A stretch of DNA of 61,387 nucleotides, the filler included, from Sluysia triapertura (Eukaryota): the NCBI GenBank assembly GCA_046118255.1. It is 4 parts of 4 records of this genome, joined end to end, with 100 filler letters (N's around TTAATTAATTAA, not from the genome) between each part and the next. Parts side by side here need not be neighbours in the genome. Positions count along the whole stretch, not along the records: positions 19,089 to 31,390 come from JBJNIA010121860.1; positions 31,491 to 45,257 come from JBJNIA010021292.1; 2 more parts are not named here. The stretch is one strand, 5' to 3'. Below the pieces are notes generated by a model. The model had not been told where the DNA came from, ran no database searches, and saw only the letters and a program-made list of their open reading frames with translations. Positions within the stretch are counted from its first letter, which is position 1. Each line of letters starts with the position of its first letter. Below, piece by piece: positions 26,408-38,990 of this stretch. Both the position numbers and the translations under genes were made by a program.

Positions 26408-28829
26408 TTAAGTTAATAATTATCAACGTACAATTTGTTTTCAACCCTGAAAAATGAATGCTTAAAAGTCTAATTAGTTTACTGAATTCTTTACTTAAAT
26501 ATAATAATGAAACGATAAATCCAAAACACTTTTATTAAGAAATTACAAAATTTAAGTTTACAAATTGTGTGTAGAATAAAATTATAGACATCAAGTAAAT
26601 AAAGTAAGACAAATTAAGTTTTTCAATTAAAACGGTTAGGGCCTTTAACTGTTTTTTTTAGTAAAATAAATTTAAGTATATTTTACCCCTGAATATATCG
26701 GAAAACTTAATATATGTGGAAGACTTAATACTTTTAAAGATTTTACCTACACAGTGAAATTTTATCTTTTTTGAAAGTTTAAAACATTAAATTTAAGAAA
26801 AAATTTGTTATTCTTTTTTATAATTACGAACAAATAAATTATGCTTAAGGTCTTTAACCAAACAAACAAAATTTAATCTAAACAATATAACAAAATTAAC
26901 AAGTAATCATATGTTGAACAAAGAAATAAAAATATCAAATACGTAGATGTAAAAGTTATACTGGCAAAACTAAATCTGGAATTCGTTTTATTGAATTGAC
27001 ACAAAATAAATATTCAAATTCTAATAAACATAATTAGCATAATCATTACTTTCATACGATTCATTGTTATATAAAACATTTTAAATGACTTCAGGTTGCT
27101 CAAATTTTCATAAATAAATGTGATATTTGCTTTTATTATGATTGTTCAAGAAACTTTCACGGAAATATAAACCCAAATAGATATTGTTCGTTAATGAATA
27201 ATCAGCGATCCGCTTATTTTCAGTACAAAGGTTATAATGATCAACAAATTAAATGAAGAGATGAATAAAATAAGTAAAAATATTCATGTCATTAATTATT
27301 TTATTATACATAACAACGATTGATAAAATCTTTATTTCTACTGACTGTTACTATTAATCACAAATTTTTATCATAAGAATTATCGATTATTTTATAATTT
27401 TAAATTACAATTTAAAAGCTAAATAATCACAAATAATTACATAAATAATCATCAAATCATGAACTCCGTAACATTTCTTTCTCTTTCTAACTTTAGTTCT
27501 TTCTAATTATATCATTTTAATCATCATCACTGTTGCTTTTGATTCGATAAAATTTTTTCAGTAATTTAATTATTAAATATATTTGACTGATTATTTATCC
27601 ACATTAAATGCATGTGACCACGTTTATTATTTAATTTAATTTGTGCTATTTATATTATTTAATTATATTTAATTGTATCTTAAATATTTAATATTTGATC
27701 AGTTTTATTTTTGTAAAAAAGTATTTAAATATTGTTATAATAAAATAAATATTATTTTAAACAAAAAAAATTATCATTAATATTACGAAGTGAATATCAT
27801 TATTAATTTGTTTTAATATATCAATTCTCCAATAAAAATCAAGATGGAGATTATCAATATAAATATGAGTTATTTTCAAACAACATGGCAGAACATAAAA
27901 AGGATTTTTCGAAGATTCAATTATACTCTCAAACTCACAGTTACATGCAAAAATAATTATTTATTCAATAAGTTTATAAAATACCTTAATTTTAACATAA
28001 TAGGGTCTCTAAAATATTACTTAAAATCTATTTAATTGTCCTAGACCGTAACTGGCTAGGTTAAAATTTTGATATACCTAAGCAGTAAGCTTAAGGTATT
28101 AAAATAATTATAATTATTATATCTTTGTCATTTGTAAAATTTTGAATATTTTGTTTTTGATAGTCTGTAAATAATATATTTCAGTTATAGCCACTTTCTT
28201 TAAAAATTAAAATACTTTGACTGTTTAATCAGCCCGTACAAAGGCTGACTTAAACTATAAAATATTAATTATATTGAAAGACCATAATAAGGCTGTCTTA
28301 ATCTCTGTTAAGTAAAACCACGATCTTTTTGTAAGTATAAGTATAAGTTGTATAAATAAAATACTTGTAATTGTATCATCTTGCAGTATATTAAATTGTT
28401 CTTTCATATCATCTATATCACTTTTCATATCATCATCATCATTATCAGGTGAATCTAAAATATCAGTCACTTTCGTCTTTAATTTGATTATCTATTCTAA
28501 TTGGAATTGACATGATGTTCGAATTGTTTGCTATTGATTAATTAGATATGTTTGAAAGGCAAGATATATTATCTAGTTCAATATTATCACGATTAATATC
28601 ATGATAATTTTCTTCTTTTATTATTTAATTATCGAATATAACCGTATCTATTGATCTATTTACTTGGTCAGGCGAACATTTATAAATAACATTTATTTGA
28701 TAAGGAACTAGTTGGTCGAGATACTGTTGATTTAGAACTGGAATCTTCTGGTAAATACGTGATGAATTTTCTAATGTGTTCAATAATTCTGACGGTTTTG
28801 AAATTATATAACCTTAAAAATGATTTATC

Positions 28830-29156
28830 TTAACAATTTTGAAGAATATAATGAAACATGTAAAAGTAGAAGTAAAAACAGAGATAACAGTGAAAAACAT
28901 GAGAAACGATTAAAATATATGGATAAAGATAAACACGGATGTAGGAAAAGGGCAACAAACAAAACATTGTAGTAGTTATTACTATTATGATACCAGTTAT
29001 TATAATAATAACAACAAATTATTGCGAGGTGTTTATATTTGGTATGTATTGAGTACATTATTGCTGTGTTGCAGTTTGTTTATTAATTTGTGACACGTGT
29101 TGCTTTGTGATGACATTTGATTATGACTGTGACGAGTTCATTTAGAGTCCACTACA
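28830..29156 (-). mobile_element. CA-rich TGTAGTGG LTR-like element
   Basis: Minus strand begins TGTAGTGGACTCTAAATGAACTCGTCAC, resembling the copies at 6830, 36987 and 45110. Confidence 0.5.
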
Positions 29157-29380
29157 AAATATTTTCAAAAATGAATTTAAGTTGATAAATTAGTACCTAC
29201 CTAAGAAAAATAACTAGCCCAAAACATGGAACCGTCCGCAGATATTGAATAATAATTGTCCTTTTTGATCCAGCGCAGTAGAAACCAAAATTGTAAGAAA
29301 AATTAATTGAATGGAATAACTATAAAAAACAAGATTGGTGAATGTAAAATGACGGCTATGATTTTAATGATGCTACTTTA

Positions 29381-29700
29381 TGTCATCACACCTTCTAAAA
29401 TCATATGAAATGCTCTAAATTTATTTATGTATCTTTAAAATCACCTTTAAAATATTTATTTTCCAAAAAAGAAATTTATTTCTAAAAAAGAAATTTCCCT
29501 TACTAAAAATGGGAAATACGTTTATAGAATATTCTAGAATTCTATTCGCCTATGACTGGCTGTGGATTTGTGTAAATATCCACAGCTAATCATAAAGAAA
29601 ACATTAGTCAATTTACAATTCAATTTTCTCTGGCATCTTGTAATTTTATGTATTACGATCAATTCGCTTTGTTCGGCCATTTTTGGAATTCAGAGTTTTT
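29381..29700 (+). mobile_element. HSE-bearing LTR-like repeat, copy D (partial)
   Basis: GTCATCAC..CTAAAATCAT, GAATATTCTAGAATTC at 29527-29542, CGGCCATTTT at 29674. Confidence 0.65.
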
Positions 29701-30542
29701 GGTCAATCAAATCGGTATATTAGAAATTCATTCCAGTTTCTTCTAATATTAGTTTTCTTCTAATACTAGTTTTTCCATAAAATCTTTTTATTTTATGGGA
29801 ATTTTGATTTAATAATCGGAATTTTAAAATAGATTTAAAATCTCAATCTTATTATTTTGTTTTTGGCTAATAAAAATTAGTAAATTTAATTTATGTAAAT
29901 CTCACTTAAATTCATTTTTTAATTTTTCAATTTTAAAAATCCGCAATATAAGAATTAAAGGCCCAAAAAGGTTTTGATTTTACAATATCTTATTTATTTT
30001 TCTTATAATCTATTTTGTGCCTTTGTTATAAAATTGTAAATTTCGAAAGTTTACTAGTTTTTAATTGTGAAGAAGACCAGTTGAAAAATTACAATAATTT
30101 CATTATGTAAAATAAAGATTAACATTTTTATTTTTCGAGTTATATTTGTATTTTTTATAAACATTTATATATTTTCTATTTATTTTTATGAAACTGATAA
30201 TTTTCAAGGAAAAAAATTATAAATAAATTTAAAATAATAAGTAATACTAAATACTATAAATATTTTAAAAAATTAAACATTGTAAATATTTTAGAATTAA
30301 TTAAATAAATCAGTTTAAGCATTGTAAATATTTTGGAGAATAAATTAAATTAGAATTAATAAATTAAATAACTTTAGAAAATGAAATCATTAAAATTTTA
30401 TTATTATTATTATTTTATACTTGAAAATGATTACACTTTAATTTCACATTAAATTTAATATTTTATCGCAAAAAGTATTAAAATTTGATCCTCGTATATT
30501 TAGATTATAAGTTTAAGTTACTACGTTTGTCTTCACTCATAT

Positions 30543-31296
30543 TGTTACAGAAGTGTCCACTTTACGATGTAAGACGCTTACTGTAACCGGACCCTGCTCA
30601 ATTTTCTATTTTGCCGTAGGTTTAGACTTAAGAATCAGCAAAAACCACAGCAGGTGCAATAGTTTTTTCAATACTCTATTTTATAGTTAAAACTATATTA
30701 AGTCTTTAACTTATTTAATTGTATTTTACAGTGTATTTTGCCCCTCAATATATCGGGGAAACCTTAAAATTTACTAACTGAAATATTAGTTTAAGTAGAA
30801 TTTAAGATATCAGCTTCCTTAAATAAAGTTAATATCAGTCTTAAAATAAACAAATTACTTTGATCATGGATATAAAATTGAATATTGTTCGATGTCTCCA
30901 AATCCAAAATTCTATTTGTGTTTGTCGAATAATTTTCCAATAATGATTATACGTCAAAATTCAATATGGCGATGATTGCAACTGCCTAATTTGAAACTAA
31001 TGCTATTAAAAATGGCGATTTTCATTGTATTGATCTTAGTTTATAAACCAGTCATCATCCAATAAAAATTGTTGCAGTGTTCTAGAATATTCTAGAGCAT
31101 TCTAAAAGCTTCTATTCTATTTTTAGAAGCTAATTTTCTTTTTCAGAAATTTTACTTTCTTTTTTGGAAAATAATTTTAAAGATTAATAAATGGTTTGAA
31201 ACATTTTCTATGATTTTATTTAATTCTTTAATAATGTTAAATAGTTTTAAATAATTTTAAGGTGTCATTATTTTATAAGGTTGTGTGAAAACCTAA

Positions 31297-31298
<2 letters not shown>
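30543..31298 (-). mobile_element. HSE-bearing LTR-like repeat, copy E (apparently complete ~756-bp solo LTR)
   Basis: Termini TGTTA...TAACA (TG..CA short inverted ends), TTCTAGAATATTCTAGAGCATTC at 31080-31102, CCAAT at 31059, AAAATGGCG near 31009. No clear TSD. Confidence 0.7.
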
Positions 31299-31353
<55 letters not shown>

Positions 31354-31390
31354 CCTCCTCCTCTTTTCCTCACTTCCTTCCACCACTTCC

Positions 31391-31490
31391 NNNNNNNNNN
31401 NNNNNNNNNNNNNNNNNNNNNNNNNNNNNNNNNNTTAATTAATTAANNNNNNNNNNNNNNNNNNNNNNNNNNNNNNNNNNNNNNNNNNNN
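31391..31490. other. Artificial contig linker
   Basis: N-TTAATTAATTAA-N, 100 nt. Confidence 0.98.
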
Positions 31491-31884
31491 GGTTTAAAGT
31501 TGATGTGGTTGATTGATGATTTAGGTGTAGTTGACTTATGTTTCTGAGGTAATTGTTAACATTGTTTGTATGGTGTTGTATTTGTGATTTGTGAGGTTTG
31601 TGCTGCAATTGTGCTTTATTTGGTAAAGTATTTAGTGGATGAATATTGTCAATTGTTTAAGCTGAATGTAGAAGTTTGTTAAGTTAGAGATGGTTGAAGT
31701 ATAAATTGGTTTGTTGGTGAATATAAATTAGTTAGGTATTGTGATTGTGGAATGTTGTTTGTGAGATTTGTAATGGTGTAATTGTAAAGTAAGAATATGA
31801 CTGTTGACAAAAAAATGGTATTTTAATGAATTTAGTTTAGAATTGTTGGGTCTAGATTTTACGTTATAAATGTTGACCACTACA
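31491..31884 (-). mobile_element. CA-rich TGTAGTGG LTR-like element (cut by contig end)
   Basis: Minus strand begins TGTAGTGGTCAACATTTATAA, similar to the 3684 copy. Confidence 0.55.
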
Positions 31885-32049
31885 ATTATATGATTTATTT
31901 AATTATGATAGGAATAATATTTTAAGTTTAATAATATTTACAATATAATACCGATAAATATAACTTTAACAAATACTTTCCCTTACGGGAAGATTCGTCC
32001 ACGAATAATAAAGTGTCCAGTTAATTAAAAAATGGTTATTAAAAAAGAT

Positions 32050-33500
32050 CACATTATTATATCAATCCAGGTCAACGGAATCGTTGTGCAATAAATAGTC
32101 ATCGAAATAAGACATGTGTCTCGAAATTTCTCATTTGAAATTGGCGGCAGTTCCCGATCGGCAAGCCGAGGAATTATTCCATGGTGGACCCCTGATGCTA
32201 TCGGAGACTTTGTTGTCACTGATTAGGTAATTGTTGGAACTGAAATAGGTGATATTGATAGTCGAGATGCAACTGTCGTTAATGATGAAGCAGGTATACG
32301 CCGTGTACTACGCAGGACTTTAAGCGATGTTGGGATGATTTGCTAAATGATGTATGCTGGTTGTGTATAACTATTACCTTGGTTGACAGATTTGTAATAG
32401 ATCTGTCAGGTGAAATTGTCTTGGTAGGAGCAGAAGAAGGAGGGGTTAGAGAAAAAGGAGGAGAAGTAATAGTAGAAGGGAGTTTCAGCTTTTTAAAATG
32501 AGAGATGAGTTATGGGTGGTCAGTAGCAGGTGTCTTGAAAAGGACAGAAGGTGGATTATTGCAGCGAGTTATAAACTGCAAATCTCGTTCTCGCATGTAG
32601 TCGAGCAGAGTCACCAATTCTGTGGCCATCTGTCGACATGTCATCACCGGATTAATGGGAAAGATTAGTCGCAGTGTTTGCCGCGCCCTTATGAAGATAT
32701 CAGTCGCAAAAGGAATTAAATTATAGTTGGACAAGTTTATAATTCCCCGTAACATCCCAAAAGGATATTCATGGCCTCGATTATAAATTGGGGATTAAGT
32801 GAATCCAAAATCTTATTTCGCAGAATCCCGATAATCTGAGGGCAGACGTCGTCGACGTCCCTAACGACCTTTGTATTACGTCGAAAATTCTGGATTCTAC
32901 ATCACGGTATGGAACTGTCTACTATATGGGGTAGAGGTCACACATGATCTGAGGCCTATTTAAACAATCAGTAGCATACTGAAAAGCCACAAACATAAGA
33001 CGATCTTCGTCATATGCTGAAAGAGGTGGAACGTGGGTGTATGACGCTCCACTCCATCGACTTAAATTATCGGTATCTTCAGCAAAAGGAAGAAAGGATG
33101 GAGCAAAAAGAAAGATTGGTGGTAATACAAAAAGGAGAGTGATATGGGTTTGAAATTCGAGAGCTTCCACTAAGATTTCGCAATCTTTTGTCAACTCGGA
33201 AAGATGGAGAGTTGACAAACCCTCTATACGCAAAATCAACGGAGTCCCTTCGACGATTAGCGTAATTTTAACAGATACCCGTGCGGATAGGACATACATA
33301 GTGTCAAACATATCTGGTATATTGACCATATTTCGCAAAGAGATGAGTGATTGTTTTGGCGTTAATGAGGAGATGTGAGTCGCCAGATTGTCCGTAAGTT
33401 CGGAATTTAATTTACATTCGGTAGCAAAAGAATTAGGAAAAAGGTAGGGATGGGGTTTTCCGAACAAAAACGATCGACAAAATTATAAAAGATCCGAATT
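32050..33500 (-). pseudogene. GC-elevated, intronless, frameshifted long ORF of unknown origin
   Basis: ORFs 32922-33467 and 32510-32755 are bridged by another open frame (RRNTKVVRDVDDVCPQIIGILRNKILDSLNPQFIIEAM) and followed by a P/S/T-rich tail. Visibly more GC-rich than the flanks. Confidence 0.5.
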
Positions 33501-33972
33501 TCATTGATAATTTTTGCTTGTGGGCGCTGGGTGTGTTGGAGTTGTTGCATTGATTTTGGACTGAAGGGAAATAAAATTGTAGTACAATAGATATAAATGT
33601 ATATAAAAATTATAAAACGAGAGGTTTCTGTACAAGTAATATATTGTCGATTTATAATTTTTATTTTATTATAATAAATAATAATATTTATGAATTAATA
33701 TTGCTTTAAAAAAGGATTACCGCACAGTCGTTTATTCTCTTTATAAAATTTTCTGAGTTGGCGTCGTCGGTAATTACACCTTTGTGATTTTGTCAGTCAT
33801 GGCGAATTATTATGCTTTGGCACCTGGAATCCATTGTACAGGACGGTATCACCTGGGGAAATTGGGGATTGATAGATATCAACACTCGCGTTTTCCTGGA
33901 GTCCATGATAAGCTACAACAGGAGTTAAGTTTGGTTGGATGTATTTTATAGTAAATTTCTAGGATTTACGAA

Positions 33973-34246
33973 AAACTTTTTTTATAGTAAATGTCACATT
34001 CCGTAATTGTGACTCGACATAGAGGACAAGGAGGTGAGGAGTTAAAGCGGAGTCAAATAAGAAATACAAACATCGAAAATGGAAACGGTGCTTACAAGGT
34101 ATTGGTATGGCATAATATTTGTGGATTGGTCTACGGCATATCGAACAAAGTGTAAATCGTAATGAAGGTTGTGTTGTTTTGCTTAAAAGTAAAAATTGTA
34201 TAATAAGATAATAACTACTTAAGAGAAATAAAATTAATCTAAGCAT
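33973..34246 (-). pseudogene. Small RING-H2 protein with hydrophobic N-terminus, frameshifted
   Basis: CSIC...IPCKHRFHFRCL, with the final CPLCRVTITEC pair in a different frame near 34030. Confidence 0.7.
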
Positions 34247-34848
34247 AATGCTATTAGTAAAAGTGTATTCTAATTACATTAATAAAATACACTGATAGAA
34301 CTTACTCCTAACTAAATAATTAATGCTATGTAAGATTTTAATAAAATGAGTTCCAACACCATCCTGTCCACAACCGAAAATGGACAGTTAACAGGAGAAT
34401 GCTATCACTCATATTTTATACTTTATATAATTTATACCTATTGTGGTTATGTTCTTATCATTTAAGAGTTTAAGTTTGCGGTTATTTTTGTTACACGTAC
34501 TGTTACAACGGGTTTGATCTACATAAAATCTATAAGGTACTCGAAAATTTCATTATAAAGAACCATTTTTGAATAAGAATAACATGAAAAAATTGTATTA
34601 TACGCACATAAAAAAAGGTTGATAAAGATTGTAGACACATTAAAAAATTGAACAAGTATAATAGTACAAAGCTTACATTCACCACCAATCGCGAGACCGT
34701 AGAATATCGCTGCAAAGTTTCCACTCTTTCCGACATTTTGAACAATAAAAATTATCTCAACAGGCTCAAGCACGATAAAAACTTCATAACAACAACATAG
34801 GTGGAACAGATTTTAAAATTATTTAAAATTTCATGCCGATCTAGACAA

Positions 34849-35466
34849 TTACGTATACATGTTATAATTATCGATTCTACCTAAACTTCCAACTTTAAAG
34901 TGAGCCTCAATTTTGAATTCGCAATAAAATCTTGCATATGCACGACAAGGCATAAAAATAAAAGAATTATTCCAAAAATCTAGCTCGATGTGAGAATACA
35001 TCATCCAAGTAAATTCGTTATGGCAGTAATGCATCATAATCTCAACATACACGACACAAACAAACATACTTCGGTGAGAATCAAATGTTGATTTCGAAAT
35101 AAAATTCAAAAAATAAAAATTCGAGCAAAATTTTACACCACAAGTTCTCAAACCCACAAAATCGCTCTTGGTACTCAGCAAACAATATTCTTGTCCAAGT
35201 CGGTTGTTGATAGAAAGATCGCTTACAAAACCAAAATGAATAAGCTTATACCTTCGATTAATTTTACAAACTAAGTAACGTAAACATCTCTTTGGACTAG
35301 GAATACTATCGCTCAGTACCAAGTGCTGAATTAACTTCAACTTAATCGTAAAATACATAGCAATATTAGGATACAATAATTTTAATGTGATATCAATAAA
35401 ATTGACCGGTTCTCTATTCTGCAAAGTTTTAGGAACATTCCAATTATCATAAACAGAGTTCGGCAT
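34849..35466 (-). CDS. Hypothetical 205-aa ORF
   Basis: Long open ATG-initiated frame in very AT-rich DNA, co-oriented with neighbouring gene fragments. No family recognised. Confidence 0.4.
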   Translation of the reverse strand: MPNSVYDNWNVPKTLQNREPVNFIDITLKLLYPNIAMYFTIKLKLIQHLVLSDSIPSPKRCLRYLVCKINRRYKLIHFGFVSDLSINNRLGQEYCLLSTKSDFVGLRTCGVKFCSNFYFLNFISKSTFDSHRSMFVCVVYVEIMMHYCHNEFTWMMYSHIELDFWNNSFIFMPCRAYARFYCEFKIEAHFKVGSLGRIDNYNMYT

Positions 35467-35519
35467 TTGCTCTTTAAGATTTAAATTTGACGTTTTCTTA
35501 ATTGCGACACTAGAACTGG

Positions 35520-36014
35520 CTACATCGAAATGTGGCTTGTAGGATTTTCGGTTAATACTGCAACTATAATTAACAATTCACACGTATTAGGCATCTTACC
35601 GATTTTTAAAGTTTCTTTAGTCATTCCATGTGTATCGGTTTTCTTTTTGCTGATTGGTACTACACCTATTACTGATAACTTACTGTCTTCTTTCCATTTC
35701 GCCATGCTTTGAAATGATTTTTCATCTGCTAAATCAAACATTAATATGTAACCACTAGCTTGTTTATAATACACTCTTGTCATTGATGAATATCGTTCTT
35801 GTCCAGCAATATCCCGTAATTGCATTTAAAATTTTCTATAATCGTGCCAAAAAGCTTCCTTCAATGCAAAATCGACACCTATTGTTACTTTATAACGGTC
35901 TTGAAAAATATCATGAATATACTGGTTTACAAATGATGTTTTTCCGACTTTGGCATCACCAATTATCAACATTTTTAAAAGAAAATTCATTAACATTAAA
36001 AAATCATGCATCAT
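35520..36014 (-). pseudogene. RAB29: Rab29/Rab32-family GTPase pseudogene
   Basis: IIGDAKVGKTS, TIGVDFALK, then in-frame TAA, then MQLRDIAGQERYSSMTRVYY..MFD..WKEDSKL. DIAGQE is the Rab32/38/29 signature. W>R change in WDIAGQ, no NKxD motif, no introns seen. Confidence 0.85.
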
Positions 36015-36023
36015 TTGAAAATA

Positions 36024-36272
36024 TTACAATCTTATAATATTAAAAAAATTAAATTCCGGTGAAATATAATTAAAACTATCACCAATTAAATATGGAACAC
36101 ATTTCACACTATCATCTAACATCATTAATTCACCTTCTAATTCCTCGAAATTTTCTACTTGTTTTTTTAAATCTTTTAATTCTTCTTTATACTCTTTAAT
36201 CTTTATTGAATGTTTAGCAAAAGTATTAATACGTTCTTGATCTTTCTTTGTAACATGAATGTCTTCTTGCAT
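36024..36272 (-). pseudogene. PFDN4: Prefoldin subunit 4, 3'-truncated fragment
   Basis: EDIHVTKKDQERINTFAK...LMMLDD..VPYLIGDSF matches the PFDN4 N-terminal two-thirds. The C-terminal helix is absent and RAB29 sequence follows within ~10 nt. Confidence 0.8.
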
Positions 36273-36569
36273 TTTTCAGATAATTTAATTTTAAAAAACT
36301 GTTAATTTCAACACTGAATTATAGTCTTATACTTCACTTAAGTATCGTTTACTAAAATATTAAGCATATTTTATGTAATGAATGAAGACAATATGGAATT
36401 TAAAAACCATCAAAATACATCAAAAATTCTGTATAAATCAAAAAGAATTGTTAAAATCTCAAATAGTTATATCAAATTTGTTGGTATTATTAGACAAACA
36501 CTATAAAATTTAAGAATTTCGAAACAGAGAAAAAGTTCAATTTTTAGATTAATTTTCTTTGGCATTACC

Positions 36570-36883
36570 ATTATTTAGTTTTCTCTAACATTTGGTAAAG
36601 GATATTATTTAAAAAAATGTGAAACATGTAGAAATATAAGATAAAGAGGTTATAATATACAGGTAAGAAGATATTGTATCATAATGATGGCAAAGTGGCA
36701 ATGCGTTGTGTTTTACTTTGATGAAATGATTTTATTAAGTATGTGAGATTTTATAAGGGTGAGTGTTGTAATTTTGTGAATAATATAGATGAGACTTGTT
36801 ATGGTGTAATTTTTGTCATGAGATTTGTGTAGATGATGTTATGATTGGTGTGATGTATAAGTAGGTGTAGACTGGCCACCACA
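36570..36883 (-). mobile_element. CA-rich LTR-like element starting TGTGGTGG
   Basis: TGT start and CA skew on the minus strand, with the same texture as the TGTAG family. Left boundary approximate. Confidence 0.4.
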
Positions 36884-36986
36884 TGAGCCCCCTTTAGTCG
36901 CGGAGCGTAACGAGAGTTTATATTAAGGTCATTATTTCGTACTAGTTTAATACTCAATTTTGTCATTGTAATGTGATAAAACTATT

Positions 36987-37330
36987 TGTAGGGAACTCGT
37001 CATATAGTATTCACCATAGTTCACCATATAATATTCATTATAACCCATCACATACAGTTCATCACAATCCATCGCTTAAAAACGCCCCACACATACACAA
37101 ATTATTAAACAAACTACTAAACTCATTCAAAAGTAAACATGATCATCCCAACTAACTATCACGAACTATCATTATTATTATTGTTACTTATATCATATTA
37201 AAATATGTGTAAAAAAGAATTATAATCATCATTGTAGTATAATAAATATCGAATAATAACTTTCATAATAACTTTAATAGTAATTTTTATGACAAAATTT
37301 TATATTAAATTCAAATAATTCTGTATGAAT
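36987..37330 (+). mobile_element. TGTAGGGAA LTR-like repeat, copy 1
   Basis: Aligns with 43262-43510 and 45110-45257 (shared AAACAAACTACTAAACTCATTCAAAA, TATCACGAACTA, AATAATAACTTT). Confidence 0.75.
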
Positions 37331-37878
37331 GAATATAATAATCACATAGGTGTTATCATTGTTATTGTTATTTAAGCAAATATATTTAAGCAAATAGTTT
37401 TAAATGACGAGAAATTCTTATTGTTAGTCAAATGGTCAGGAAATCAACATTTAATACACTTATCACATTTAACACTTAACATTTTAGTGCTTTAATCATC
37501 TGCATGCAAACTAATCATTTTTATCAATTATTTCTACCTATAATCAATAAGTTATAAGCTTAATTTATATTTACCATAAAGTATATTAATTATTATTTAT
37601 GAAAATGTTTGTATTTTAAAGAAAATTAAAATAGTATACTTATTTAAATTTTTTTTCTTGCTACTTACATATCATATTTGATAATACATTAAAATATATA
37701 GATTAATAGATAATTCGTAATTATCTTAATATTATTTGAATAATTTTTATATTTTAAATACGTGTTATATTTATTATTGTTACAATTCTTCGTTCAATTG
37801 AAAGTTAATATTTCTTTTTTATTTTGTAATATGAATATTTACTAATTCGTATTTTATATGTTTTGAAGTTTATAAAAG

Positions 37879-38592
37879 ATAAGCGTAGTAATTAAAGAAT
37901 TGCCATATGCACGAATAATTTTACATGCTGCACGTTATCCACATTGTTCAGTTAATGGAATATTATTATCTCCTTTATCAGATTCTAAAAATAAGTCTAT
38001 TGTAATATGTAACGCAATTCCATTATTTCATCATTCATTAACTTTAACTCCTATGTTAGAAATAGCGCTCAATCAAGTTAGTTTTTGCATTATTTGTGTT
38101 ATTCTTTTAGATTGAAAAATTTTGTAAAGTAAAACGTTTATGTATTAGTGGTTATTATCATATTAATGAATGTATCGATAAGTCAAGGTAATGTTTTGTT
38201 TATACTTTATTTTCGATAGTCCAACTCCATGTGCTTATAAAATTGCTGATAAAATATTTGAACATAATGAAAACAGTTGTTTAATAATGGTAAACAATCA
38301 AGAATTATCCAACAACGATCCACTAAAAGCATTCTCTTTATATCGAATGCAAGATGGCAGATGGAAGGAGTCAAATAATTTACCAGAACTTGATTTTGAA
38401 GAAGCTATTAATGTAAAGCAGATGATCAAATTGAAAGTGCAGAAATATTTAGTTGATTTCGACTGTTATTTAGATGACATTCAGAATAGTTGGCCTGTTG
38501 ATAGTATTGAATCAATTTTAGAAAATATGAACAAAAAAATAAGGCATAATAATAAAAATTGCAATAGCCGCACCAATTCAAATTGTTTATAG
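37879..38592 (+). CDS. EMC8: ER membrane complex subunit 8/9. Exons 37879-38076, 38111-38187, 38220-38592; start uncertain
   Basis: YARIILHAARYPHCSVNGILL..AIPLFHHSLTLTPMLEIALNQ / I..ISGYYHINE / SPTPCAYKIADKI..LVDFDCYLDDIQNSW. The 34- and 32-nt GT-AG introns splice in frame. Confidence 0.88.
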
Positions 38593-38990
38593 TGAGATAT
38601 AACCTCTCGTACACCTTAATTTGTTTAAAATATTTAAATATTAATATTTTTGTCTTTTTGTTTAGTATTGATTTAAACTTGTAGATTTTTAAAAGATATT
38701 CGTTTGAACTTTAAAATATTTGCATTACAAGCATAATAATTGAAACGCAGTTTAAAGTGTTTACTTAAAGAAAATTGATTATTGAAGTAAATAATTTTAT
38801 TTATTATAATTGTCTCTTCCGGCACGAAAGTAAATTAAATAATGAAAAACAAATAATGCGAATTACTATAAATCTTGTTATTTTTAAGTGTAAATTAATA
38901 TAGTTGATCAAAAATGATAAAAGTAAGTATTTTTATTTATCATAAGTTGCATTAGTTTATCGTCCTAATGGTAATTATCTGTAATTTAAG

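Noticed and set aside
35823-35828. Stop-codon reassignment or readthrough explaining in-frame stops (RAB29 TAA, Ly6 TGA/TAG, CAPN7 TGA, HLCS TGA)
   Set aside because: The stops replace different residues and co-occur with frameshifts, deletions and motif loss. PBRM1 and EMC8 exons have no internal stops. Ordinary decay is simpler.
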